Shown here in pieces: positions 52,991-64,000 of a stretch of 64,000 bases of DNA. The translations under genes were made by a program, and so were the position numbers. The notes under the pieces are model-generated. The model saw only the letters and a program-made list of their open reading frames with translations, was not told the DNA's origin and did not search any database. Every line of letters begins with the position of its first letter. Position 1 is the first letter of the stretch. The DNA is from Vicugna vicugna (taxonomy: Eukaryota). Location: the NCBI GenBank assembly GCA_013265495.1, contig MU057416.1:366545-430544 (forward strand), given 5' to 3'.

Positions 52991-55900
52991 GGAGGGACAC
53001 AGTGACCCAAAACTCACCCAGGATGTGAGTGTGAGGCCCGATCCAGCCTCTTTGGTCTACGTGAGCTGTGACAGGTACCAGGGTACAGAAGACCTTGGTG
53101 GGGTCCCACGTGGTGGCACCCCCAGGTAAGGCTGTTCTGGGAAGCGCTTCAGAAGTATTTGTAGGTCAAATCTATCACAGGAACAATCTGAAGGAGGAAC
53201 ACAAAGGAGACCCCGGGGACTCAATCAAGCTCATCCAAAAAGGATGGCAGGGGGATATCCTAACAAAGGAAAAGAGGAAGTGTTCAGAAGTACCTGGCTT
53301 TTAAAACATGAATTCAAAAAGTTGAAATTAACCTTCGCCCCATAGACATACCAGCTAGGAAATACCAAGAGAAATGAAGGGAAAATGAGGGTCCACTGCC
53401 CTGTCCACTCCATCCTCAGATCTGAAATCCAAACTTTAAAAGGTGGTGATGCCCCTGCCTCCAGGGGAGGAGGCTCATGGCCCAGGTCAGGGTTCTGCCC
53501 AACTGGGACCATTTTTGTCTAAAACTCATAGTATTGCTCTAATTAGAAACATACTGTAATGCTCTCCAGTTATTCGTGTTTAATTTTAGCTAAAATGACA
53601 GATGTGGGAGCAATTTGGCTGTAGATTTTCAGGGGTGATTTCGCTGAAACAGAATAGCTAAGCAAGTGTCCGCTCCTCACCCCATGCACGTTCCCCTGAA
53701 GAATACACTGAAGTTTTCATACATGGAAATCCCTCTTCAAGCAAAGTTCTTTGGGGTAACCAGCAGAATCTGTCAGGTGTCCTGTTCAGTGAGGACAGAG
53801 ATCCTAGCACCAAGTCCTGTGCTCCTCCCAGGGTACCTAGCAGAGGATGGAGGACCTAATAATGATGGACCCAACTGGATTTCCACCCGTAATCAGAAAT
53901 CTGTATCTTCTCTGACGAGAACTGGATGAATTTGTGGTCTAGTTGTTGCCAAGTCTACTAAACTCAAGTTTATTTCCTGTTTGCCTAGAAACTGAGCTGT
54001 CCGTCAGCTGTCTGAGCACTCCCCTTGCTATCTGGCTGTTTTCCGGGCGCCTCTATTCTAAGAAGATGCTTTATGCAGGCGCTTCGTGCCCCTGGCTGGG
54101 ACGCGTCACATCGGACGTTTCTAACAGTCTGGGCATTGCAGTCTAACCCTTTATTTCCTTGTAAAGAATGTTCATAGCAAAATAATTTAGAAGCAAGCTT
54201 CCCACTTCTTGGTATTCTTTACAGTGCTCTAAAATACAGCAAAGTCAGTGCTCAAAATAAAGTTATTTTTAAACTGCCAGTAAATATCTACTTATAATTG
54301 TTTTGTTCACTTGAATATAAAACAGGGGAAAATATGAAATGTCAAAGATAATAAAAGGATTCTAATAGTGTTTTTAAATGCACAACATCCCTCTTATTGA
54401 GATATTTTTCAATAATAGTTTACTTTAGACAGGTAACACTTGAAGTACTCTATTCCACATATATTACCTTCCAAACTAAAATATTAATAATGCTTGGTTT
54501 CTGCTACCAAAATTGGATATATCTTTATATCAATATACTTTTGGGTATGTCATTTGCTACTCAGATATTAGTAATTATCCAGGACAATATATGATTTTTA
54601 TATTCAAAGTTTATGAATTCAGGTTGTCTAATAATTTGCATGAGACCATGGTTCTCCAGCAATACTAGTAACAGTAACATCAATTTTTATGTATACTTAC
54701 ATATAGGTGGGTGGAAAACCAAAAACCATGCTTCAGCCATTTTCAAATAATTATGTATTTCCCAACTGTAGATTTCTATACATTGAATATAGTTTTGAAT
54801 ATGAAAAGGTTTGTTTTTAATGTCAATTTTTTTAATGTCAATTTAATGTCAAAAAATTCTTTTTCTAGGTATTCTCATGACTTGGTGTCTATAGCTAACT
54901 GGGTGGACTCTACTGAAGTACCTGTGTTAAATTATCTCGGGAAAAAAGTGAGCGTGTTCATGCTTCGTAACGTGTAGTCACGTGATCACTTTAGTACAGC
55001 TTTCAGTTTGCCCAGGAGCCCTGCTCTGGTTTTGCCCATAATTGGATCTCCTCCAGTTAATATACGACCCCTTTTAGCCTTGTAATATCTGTTCCATAAT
55101 GAGCAGGAGGAAGGGAGCAAAAAACCACAGTTGAAATTTTCTAACACTTAGAAACTGCAGCAAGAAGTTGAGGTGGTTAAATGCGACTGGCCAGCGGTGG
55201 GGAACACTCTCTGCGAGCCTGCACTCCCGGTGGGTGGGGCACCTCCACCTTCTGCAACCCCGTAAGAAAGGAAGTCTCAGGTTTTCATTGTGTGGAGGAT
55301 ACAAAAGGGCCTTACGTTACAGATTAATATGTATTCCATAGTCTTTCCCCTCTTCCTCTGTCACTGGTATACAGTTGAGGCCATGCAAATATGGATTAAT
55401 TTAAACTACTTGAAAATCTGGTTATGCATTTTATGCATTTTGCAAAATCAGACATTTGTTTCTGGAGAGAAAACAGTGTATAGTGATGGAACCAGCTTCA
55501 CGTGCAAGGCTCCCACACACTCATGTAGTTTTCAAGCAGGACAAATTCCAATTAGCAAAACATCTTATCAAATAATAGAAAGAGAGATTGGACATGTTAA
55601 ATTTCAGCTGGGCAGAAGGCACTTTGACAGTGATTCTGATGAGAGGTTTGGTTTGTGGGTTTTTGTGTGTTTGGCGTGCTTTCAGAGTTTCACCCATTTA
55701 GGCTTATTTTCAGTCTGGAAAGGGCTGATGAATATCATTAAGGGAGAATTGGAGCTCACACTACATTAGGACAAACATAAGGAATTTCTTCCTGCTTTAA
55801 GATGAATTCAATTTTCATGATCAGAAGACTTTTACATGAAAACACTAAGATAACTTTCAAATGTGACTCCAGAAACTTTGGGAAAATTTAGAAAGTGGAA

Positions 55901-57819
55901 ATGTTTTCATACAAATTAAGACACATTGTACCAATTTCCATGAAGGGTAAATAATGAAAAGATTCTGGAAAGCACAGGCTTGCAAATTTGGTGTGAATTC
56001 CTGGTAAGAGCCAAGAATGAACGCCCAGAAGAGGCTGAACAGGCTGATGATGAATCACGTGAAGAATGATTGAAAAAGAGCATGAAAACAGGTTAAGGTA
56101 GAAAAGTTGGCCAATAGGACGCAGAGGAGGTTGGAGCTGTCCTCCAAGGCAGTCACGTGGGAGGAGGGGCCCCACGTGGCTCCAGAGGACAGTGTGGGCC
56201 ACGTCAAAACAAAGCAACAACAACAAAAGCCAAACAGGCAAACAAAACAACACAAAAAACCAAAGGGACGGATGTTCTAGTACTTTGAGCACCTTGTAAG
56301 TGTAACGGGCTGTGGACTAATGAGCACCCAGTCCCCTGGAGTTCAAGGAAGCTGAAGTTGGATAAATGCAACTATGTTTTAAAATAATAACAAAAACGAC
56401 CTGCAAAGCTTCCTGCCTTGTGTCAGATGAAGGAGGCATCTTCCAAAGTTACTTTTATTTGAACTCCTGTCCCTTTCTTCTCTGTCTGTTAAACACTTCC
56501 TGTCTTCCATTTTAAACCATATATAATTTGTTCTTTAAACCTTTATTTATAGTAATTTAGCTTTGATGGTGAGATGTTTCAATGTATTAAGTCTAGATTG
56601 TGACTTGGCAGGTAAGGGAGAAATAGTTGGGCTTTTAAATCTTCACAAATAACGCCTCCAGAAGAACGGTTGGTCTTGTTGTGTTTTGTTCAGTCACTAG
56701 CGAGTCATGTAGAGGTTCCTGTTGCTTTGCACAAACTGGGAGCAAAGGAATTGATAGCACTTTAGTATTTTCTTATTTCTTATTTTCTTTCTTAAAATAA
56801 TAACATAATTTTTTCCCCTGAAAACACACAAAAAACATAAAAAATATGAGAATTGAAATAATTTTAAAGGTATTTTTATGCTGGGGCTTAAAGCTGTTTA
56901 GGTGGTATGGATAGTCTCCAGAAGGAAAAACTAAACGTATCTGTGTGTTCACAAGCTCACGGGATGCCTGCCCACGTGGGTGAAATTTCAAAGCTGGTTG
57001 CTCGTGGCCCCTTCCCCTCTGGATGAATCGTAGCTCTGAATACATCGCGAGTCACCTGACGGCGCGCGCCACCCGCCAGGGGAAGCCCCGCTGCGTTGGG
57101 TGCCCGGGCGTCAGGGCAGCAGGCATCATGAGTACACCCTCCCCTTCGGCAGGCAGTGGTGGGAAGCCCCCGGGCAAGCAGGTAAATGAATTAGTGAGTC
57201 ACTGTCACGGCGGAGCAGGATGCAGTGGAAGGTTATGAGAGAAACGGGCAAACTCTAGGCCATTTCTGATAATACTATGAAAAGAACCTCCTGGTTTTTC
57301 TTTTGGTGGGTCTCGAGGTAAAGGAGGGGTCGGAACTGACGGCCGGACAGCCAGGCTTGGGTTGGTGTATTTTCCAAAACTGAAAATTCCAGGAGGAAGA
57401 CATTGGTGCTGTTTTAGTGGCGGCGGGGAGAGAGGGAGCTCAAATACAAACGTGAATTTTTAGATGCTTATGAGGCATTTATGAGGCTAGCTCAAGTGAG
57501 AGCCGTGAGTCTGGCACACAGAAGAGCTACCTTGGCTGGAGAACGCAGACTGAGAAACCTCTGTACTGCTCTGGTGTTTAAAGCTTCAGGAAAGTCTAAG
57601 ACCATCTCAGACAGCCGAGAGAAACGGAGGCTGAGCTGCACGCGGGGAGACAGGCGAGGTTAATGCTTTTTTCCTAAAGGTTGTTGATCAGAGAAAGGGA
57701 CGTAACATTTGCCCGAGCATTTGATGACAAGAGGCAAACCTCTTCCCCAGAAGCTTCTGAATGGACCCAGGAGAACAAGAGCATCTAAGCCTGGCCGGAC
57801 AGGACAGGTTAAAACACCA

Positions 57820-58160
57820 CATGAGACCACTTCTATGTGGAATCTAAAAAAATGACACAAATGGACTTATTTACAAAACAAAGATAGACTTTTGGAGGTA
57901 GAAAACAAACTTACAGTTACCAAAGGGGAAGCAGGGAAGGATAAATTAGGAGTTTGGGGTTAGTAGATGCAGCCCACTCTACATGACACAGACAAGCAAG
58001 GTCCTACCACAGAGCGCAGTGCGTCAGTAGCCTGCAACCACCTGCCGTGGAGAAGAATGTGGAAAAGAACATACATGTAAATGCGTGCCCGACTCACCCT
58101 GCCGCGCACCAGACACCAACGCAACATCGTAAGTAAACTACACTTCAATTAAAGAGAAGA
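57820..58160 (+). mobile_element. L1 3' end, GC-shifted
   Basis: atgtggaatctaaaaaaatgacacaaatggacttatttacaaaac...aaactacacttcaattaaa. Confidence 0.88.
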
Positions 58161-58273
58161 GCTAAGAAGGCTAGATTGCAATGAAATACTGCCCGTGGGG
58201 TGGGCTTGGCAACCAGGAGACACCGTCTCAGCCCCTGGGAGTGAGAAATTCCAGTCTTGGAGGCACATGCATC

Positions 58274-58354
58274 CACCCACACACACATGCACCCCACACA
58301 CACCCCCCCACCCACACACCCCACACACCCACCCACACCCACACACACACACAC
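58274..58354. repeat. Degenerate (CA)n/(CAC)n low-complexity tract
   Basis: Direct reading. Confidence 0.85.
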
Positions 58355-58639
58355 AGGAGCAGCACGACACGTCAGGGTCAGGCATATGGAACGGAAGTCG
58401 GGAATCCACTGCAATTGCTGAAGCCTCGTAAGAAACTGTCCCTTTGCTGGGCCCGTGCGGCCACAGAAGAAGAGGGGAATCACACGGTGAGGACTCCCCT
58501 GTCCGGGTAGGAAGTCCCCTTGCCCAGAAGATGAGCACGGGGTCACAGTCATCAGTCCTGAATTCAACAGACAGATGACAAGACTGTTCTCCCTGCGGAA
58601 GCCACACCGGCACGGGGAACCCAACATCCACCGGGTGGA

Positions 58640-59320
58640 CATCATGTCCACTGCGCCCCGAGCCCCACTCCCCTCGCCTGGGACGTGCTTGTGACTCCTC
58701 TCGTCCCCCCAGAAAGCACTCCGGTGCATGCCCTGCACGCAAACCAGCTCATGTCCTCTCTCTGTGAGACCCCCCAGGGCTTCCTCCCGTGCCAGTAGGA
58801 AGCCCAGGCCCGCGAGGGCTTGCAGCGCGCGGCTCCGCCCGCACCCACCCTCCCTCCCGCTGCCTCTTCCTGCCTCCTGTCGCCAAGTGGACGGCTGCCC
58901 CTGCAGCCTCCTCGACGCGCTGACGTCCCCGCATAGCTCTTTGACTCTGTTCTTGCTCAGAAAGCCCTCGACCCCACTCCTCAAGGCAGGCCTGTTTTCC
59001 CCTCAGGTTTTGGCATAAACGTCTCTTTCTCGGAGGGGTCTTACTGAATGTCTTCCCTAAAATACTTCCTCTCTCTTACTCCCTCAGCTCGTCGTGTTTT
59101 TTCTTCCGTGTGAATGAGTAATTATGTATTCACCACTACACGTCTCCTTGCTGAACGTCTGCGTGTTCACTAAACCATCAGCTCCATGAAGGGCAATTCA
59201 CTGCTGTATTCCCAGTGTTTGGCATATGGGAGATTAACATTAGCAAGATCTACCGAGGGAAAGAATAAATACGCGGAGAAATGAATGGATGAGTGAGTGA
59301 ATGAATAAATGAATGAACAC
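58640..59320 (+). mobile_element. L2 3' region, GC-shifted
   Basis: ctcatgtcctctctctgtgagacc...tcagctccatgaagggc...cactgctgtattcccagtg...tgaatgaataaatgaatgaa tail. Confidence 0.7.
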
Positions 59321-60135
59321 AGGAACTTTCCCACTACCACCTGGCTTTTTTGTGTATGAACGCAAACCATCAGCAACAGTAGTGAGGCTCAGGCAGCCCA
59401 CTTCTTCTTGGGATAAATGCTGTTCATAGGTGCACTTCAGCAAGGAAAGGTCATTACAACATCTGTTCCTGGAGTCTGACGCTTTTGAGACCTGATTTAG
59501 ACAGTTTTTCATCTTGCTCTAGATTTTAAATTATGTTTGTGAGTGTAGTTAAGACACTTATACCTTAACTGATCCAGAAATTTACTTTTATGTTCAACAC
59601 TTTATGTTCAGACCATACAGAATAATTTATTTGTTGACTCCAGACGGAATGTGATTCTAATTTCCCAACTTAGCTAAATTTCCCTACTCTGTTCAGAATC
59701 TAGAAAACTTAATTGTTCTCTTTATCCTTGCAAATTATCCTTGCCTTGCAAATTCCAACTTTGGTCTGAGTTTACTATGAAGAAGGAAACGATTTGCTTG
59801 GACAGCAGATCCCAGACTGGTTCCAGCTTCAAAGCTAGTTTTCACATAAAAGTTACATTAATGTCCAAAACGAGCGAGCGAGGGAACGAGGCCAGTGTTT
59901 TGCTCTGGTGTTGACAGTATCTGTTGACATAGTTGCTGTAAAGCCTGCTAAAATCTGTGGTCTGAGGGAAAAGAAATGTATCAACTCTTTCATTTCAATA
60001 TAAATTTTCTTTGAAATCACAAATCATCTTGACTTTTGTATGCGCTAAGTTATGTTCAATATATAATAGGGACTTTAATGACGTTAAGTAATGGGAAAGA
60101 GTCCTATTATATCAAAATTCAAACACTCGTGGATC

Positions 60136-61178
60136 CAGGCAGCCCTCGCTCTTGGTGGTCCCAATACATACTGATCTCAGTGACCGTGGTTTAGTCATGA
60201 AACAGCCTCCCCCAAGCGACGTGGACCAAATTTCAGTCCCCAGGGCGTGCTGCCTGTGGACAATGGCACAGTGCGGCTCTGCCGCAAGCTCCGCAGTTCA
60301 CAGATCTCTGCGGAATGACAGGTGCAAATCCTGCCCAGCGAGCGGCCGGTCGCCAGTCAGGGTTTGGTCGCCGTGTATCTCTTACTCCGTCCACACAGAC
60401 AGGAAAGTGCGTGGTTGTGTTGCCTCCTTGTCTGCTAGGAACAAACACGTGTGACATTTGACAAAACAAATAATCAAAAGAATTAGACAACAAAGATGAA
60501 AATTTCGGTGAAAACAAAAAAAAAGAAGCCCGACCATGCCGGCAGTGAAACTTGCACAGATGGAAGGAAGCAGGATGAAGGCTACACGTAGGACTTGTCT
60601 GGCTGTGCATCCAAAGGAACGTAAGAATGAAGGACTTATCAACATAAACTAAAAGGATGAGAAGGATGACAAAAAGGAAAGAGGTCCCAGAGGAAGTGAC
60701 ACCAGTAAGAAACTTTACATTATAGGGATCCCCGGAGATGCATCACAACTTTGACGAGGCAGAGGATAAAATGCTGGAAGGCGGTCTAAACTTGGAAAGG
60801 CGTGCGAGGCTTCACCGAGACACAGAAAAGAGGCCCGTTCTGTATCTTAGACACAAGCTACGTTACGGAATGAGGAGGCACGCGCTGTTCAAAACACTGC
60901 GGGTACGGTGTCCACGGTGAAGTGAAACACTGCAATTCCCAGTGCTTCCAATGTCTTCAGTCGCAGTCTAATAAATCAATGTGAATTTCACTACTTGCTT
61001 TCATTCTCCCACACATTTATAACTATTAGTAAGAGGTTTTAACATTTTGAAGAAAAACTTTGAAAATCAGGAGAAAAAAATCAGAATTTTCCCATTATGA
61101 TGAAGATCGCTGTGCAGGGTTTGTGTCTGCGTGTGTCGTGCGGAGTCCCGCCCCGCCGTGCACAGCAAGGCCCGCCTG
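60136..61178 (+). mobile_element. TcMar-Tigger (MER82-like) DNA transposon with both TIRs
   Basis: Left end caggcagccctcgct, right end agcaaggcccgcctg (imperfect inverted repeat); internal gtcccagaggaagtgacaccag...ggataaaatgctggaag transposase remnant. Confidence 0.75.
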
Positions 61179-61796
61179 GACTAATTCTTTGCCTTCATCT
61201 GAGTGATCAGGAAACAAGTCCGCAGTATCTTTTATCAGGCACCAGGTACAGAGTGGTTTCCAAGTTATCCCTCAGCACACTTACATAATAAAAGTGGTCT
61301 ATAGTTTCGATATGTTTTGGAACTTATTAATGGCCTAAAATTGAAGACAATTATTCATAAAATCTTTTCATCATGAACAGTGGCTGAACGACATTTCAGG
61401 ACGACTAATGTCGATGGCGTTGTCACTGGTCACAGATCATTGGAAAAATACATCATGTTTCAACACAGAAAAATAAGTAATTTAGGAGGCATCATTTAAG
61501 CTTTGAAAGATATATGCAAGAATTATTTTTTATTTTGGAAAAAAAAAAGGCTCATCTACATTTGTGCCTGTCCCAAGAAGGATGTCATGATTTTTTTAGG
61601 GAAAAGTTATCAATTATTATTATATTTCCTTAGGTCATAAATAAATTAATTGCAGTAAGATTTGCTCCATTTATGGGAGCAAAGAGATAAATTAATCATG
61701 TATTTCAGTGTGAGAGAGGTATAAGTGACGGCTTATACTAGCCAAGCTGTCAGCCTAAGCTGAGCCACAAACCAGTAAGCAGATTGGAAACGCTCT

Positions 61797-62165
61797 GTAT
61801 CAGCCAGCCAAGGCTGGGAACCAGGCAGAATTTAGATGGTTTGAGGGAGTCTACAGAAGGGCTGGAATGGAATTAGAAGAGCCAGCAAGGCTGGTGGAAG
61901 CAGCCAGAGAGCAGCCAAGGCGAGAAGCCCTTCTCAGCCTGGGCCTGAAGGGGGAAGAGAGGGCGCGGTGCTCACAGCCCAGTGAGGGGACAGGGACCAC
62001 TGGGGAAAGCCCACAGTGCAGACCCGGCCACCGCCAGAGGTGTGGCACCAGGAGGGAGACAGAAGGAACGAACTCCCCGCCCGTCTCCTGTCCCAGGCTC
62101 CGGCCAGTGGCCCAGTGGCCAAAGCCTGCCGGGAGCAGCCACTGAAGGGAACCCACGATAAAGCC
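61797..62165 (-). mobile_element. LTR33-like ERVL LTR
   Basis: tgtatcagccag...ggcctgaagggggaagagagg...cagcccagtgag...cccagtggccaaagcc matches recalled LTR33. Confidence 0.6.
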
Positions 62166-62904
62166 CAGGATAAAATCAGCTCCCCAAGGTCCTAAGCAGG
62201 GCAGGGGAGAACGCTGCATCCGGGGCCATGCCAAACAGCGCCACCGGCAGAAAAGCCAGCCTCGTGCTAAGACCTCACCCACACTCTTGCGTCCCCAGAA
62301 ATTCTGCTTCAGAAGCAAGACTGAAACACATCTCAGGGTTCAAAAGTAAGTAGAAGTTTAGGTAAACGCTACTAGAATTTTGGGGGGGAATACAAATATG
62401 TTTTATTATAATAATATTAAAATCCCCAGGAGATGTGATTCTCACTTTCCTGTTTAATTTTGTTTAATCCTCATTTCCCCACTTTGTTTAAGCTGCTGTT
62501 TTATATGCCCTTGTTTTGAGAAGTCTGCAGGCGCCCGCCCAGGAGTGGTCAAGGAGGTGCACAAAATAACTGAGACCCAGCGCACGCGGCATTGCTACAC
62601 GGAGGGGGTTCGGTGCTGTCCGCCGTCAGGGGACGTCGTCACCCACAGTCACAGGTGAACAGCGCCCGCCACCCCAGGGAGCCGAGGCAGCGCGTCCCAG
62701 TGCCAGGAGCAAGAAGCAGCGTGGTGCGTTCTTCACCCGGCAGGCAGGCCCCCTGCCCGGAGCACGGGGCGAGAAGGAGCGGAAGGGCAGCCTCTGGCAA
62801 GTGACGCTGCCTGTGTGTCTAGACAGTAACGTTGGATTCTATATTTTTCATATCAAATGGAGAAACACTAAAGAGTGCAAACTAGGGAAGAACTAATTAC
62901 TTTA

Positions 62905-63042
62905 GTTTTTACAATTTTTTTTTAATTGAAGTGCAGTTGATTTACAATGTTGGTTTCAGGTGTACAGCAAAATGATTCAGTTATACACATACATACATTT
63001 TTTTTTCTTTTCAGATTCTTCTCCATTACACATTATTACAAG
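62905..63042 (-). mobile_element. Short L1 3' end
   Basis: Poly-T, aattgaagtgcagttgatttacaatgttggtttcaggtgtacagc. Confidence 0.85.
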
Positions 63043-63426
63043 AAGAGAGCTAATTTGAAAGCTTACTCTGCTGCCTTCTGAGCAAGAAAATGTTGGAGCT
63101 ATTTGATTCAGGATTACATTGTTTTTTTTCTTTTTACCCTGCGGTGGCGGGGAAACATGAAAAAAAAAAAACTCTAGAAATTGTGATTATGCTGTTTAGA
63201 TAATGATAAATAATGGCTCCTAAAATGTTTTACAGTGACAAAGTCAAACATTTAATTAATAACTGTAAGGAGGAAGCTATAAATGTTGCACCAGACCACG
63301 TTTGGCAGTGGCCACAGCATCAGTCTCTAGATACCCAGACAAAGCACAGAGAACAGGGTGTGAAAGCCAGCTTGCCATTTACAGCTATGTGCTTGTGTGA
63401 CTCTGAGGGCTCTGGCACATCATGAC

Positions 63427-64000
63427 TTTTTTTTTTTTAGCATTTTTTATTGATTTATAATCATTTTACAATGTTGTGTCAAATTCCAGTGTAGAGCACA
63501 ATTTTTCAGTTATACATGAACATATATATATTCATGGTCACATTTTTTTCTCTGTGAGCTACCATAAGATCTTGTGTACATTTCCCTGTGCTATACAGTA
63601 TAATCTTGTTTATCTATTCTACAATTTTGAAATCCCATCTATCCCTTCCCACCCCCTGCCCCCTTGGCAACCACAAGTTTGTATTCTATGTCTATGAGTC
63701 TGTTTCTGTTTTGTATTTATGCTTTGTTGTTGTTTTTTTTTAGATTCCTCATATGGTATTTTTTTTCTCTTTCTGGCTTACTTCACTTAGAATGACATTC
63801 TCCAGGCATCCATGTTGCTGCAAATGGTGTCATGTTGTCATTTTTATGGCTGAATAGTATTCCATTGTATAAATATACCACCTCACAAGCCCAAGAGTGG
63901 GATTCCTGGGTCATACAGTAAGTCTATTCCTAGTCTTTTGAGGAATCTCCATACTGTTTTCCATAGTGGCTGCACCAAACTGTATTCCCACCAGCAGTGA
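63427..64000 (-). mobile_element. Younger L1 3' UTR and end of ORF2, runs off the window
   Basis: Poly-T tail; ttctggcttacttcacttagaatg...catccatgttgctgcaaatgg...ttccatagtggctgcaccaa. Confidence 0.92.

Noticed and set aside
58145..58984. 279-aa minus ORF (longest in the window) and overlapping 197-aa ORF
   Set aside because: They run through a CA-rich low-complexity tract and a GC-shifted L2; no recognisable domain
1..64000. Assigning a gene symbol, or any CRISPR, operon or defence-type system
   Set aside because: No coding exon that I can recognise, so no symbol is given; the sequence is mammalian non-coding DNA with no spacer arrays or prokaryotic gene structure

Overview
Mammalian genomic DNA, most likely camelid: two tRNA-derived SINEs match the camelid Vic-1 type as I recall it, and the L1 3' ends are cetartiodactyl-type. 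I recognise no protein-coding exon, RNA gene or prokaryotic element. The listed ORFs are chance, GC-rich or repeat-derived frames. The window looks like the 5' regulatory/intronic part of a large minus-strand gene that I cannot name. It has a CpG-island promoter at ~37.4-38.2 kb (two CCAAT boxes, M-box-type E-boxes, a near-consensus donor at 37864), a well-defined 38-nt exon (37011-37048), further candidate first exons at ~32.9, ~30.2 and ~18.3 kb, and candidate internal exons at 23088-23132 and 4305-4385. There is also a possible antisense (+) promoter at ~5.2 kb and a strong CTCF motif at ~1.74 kb. The rest is interspersed repeats (L1, L2, MIR, MER5A, MER63-like, Tigger/MER82-like, MLT1, LTR33-like, an ERV1-like solo LTR) and microsatellites. 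Clear sequence-level observations are a 5'-inverted (twin-primed) L1 and a SINE nested in one MER5A, and strongly GC-shifted old repeats suggesting GC-biased gene conversion. I found no convincing new biological system. Repeat family names are from recalled consensus sequences, repeat boundaries are approximate, and all exon calls are motif-based predictions.
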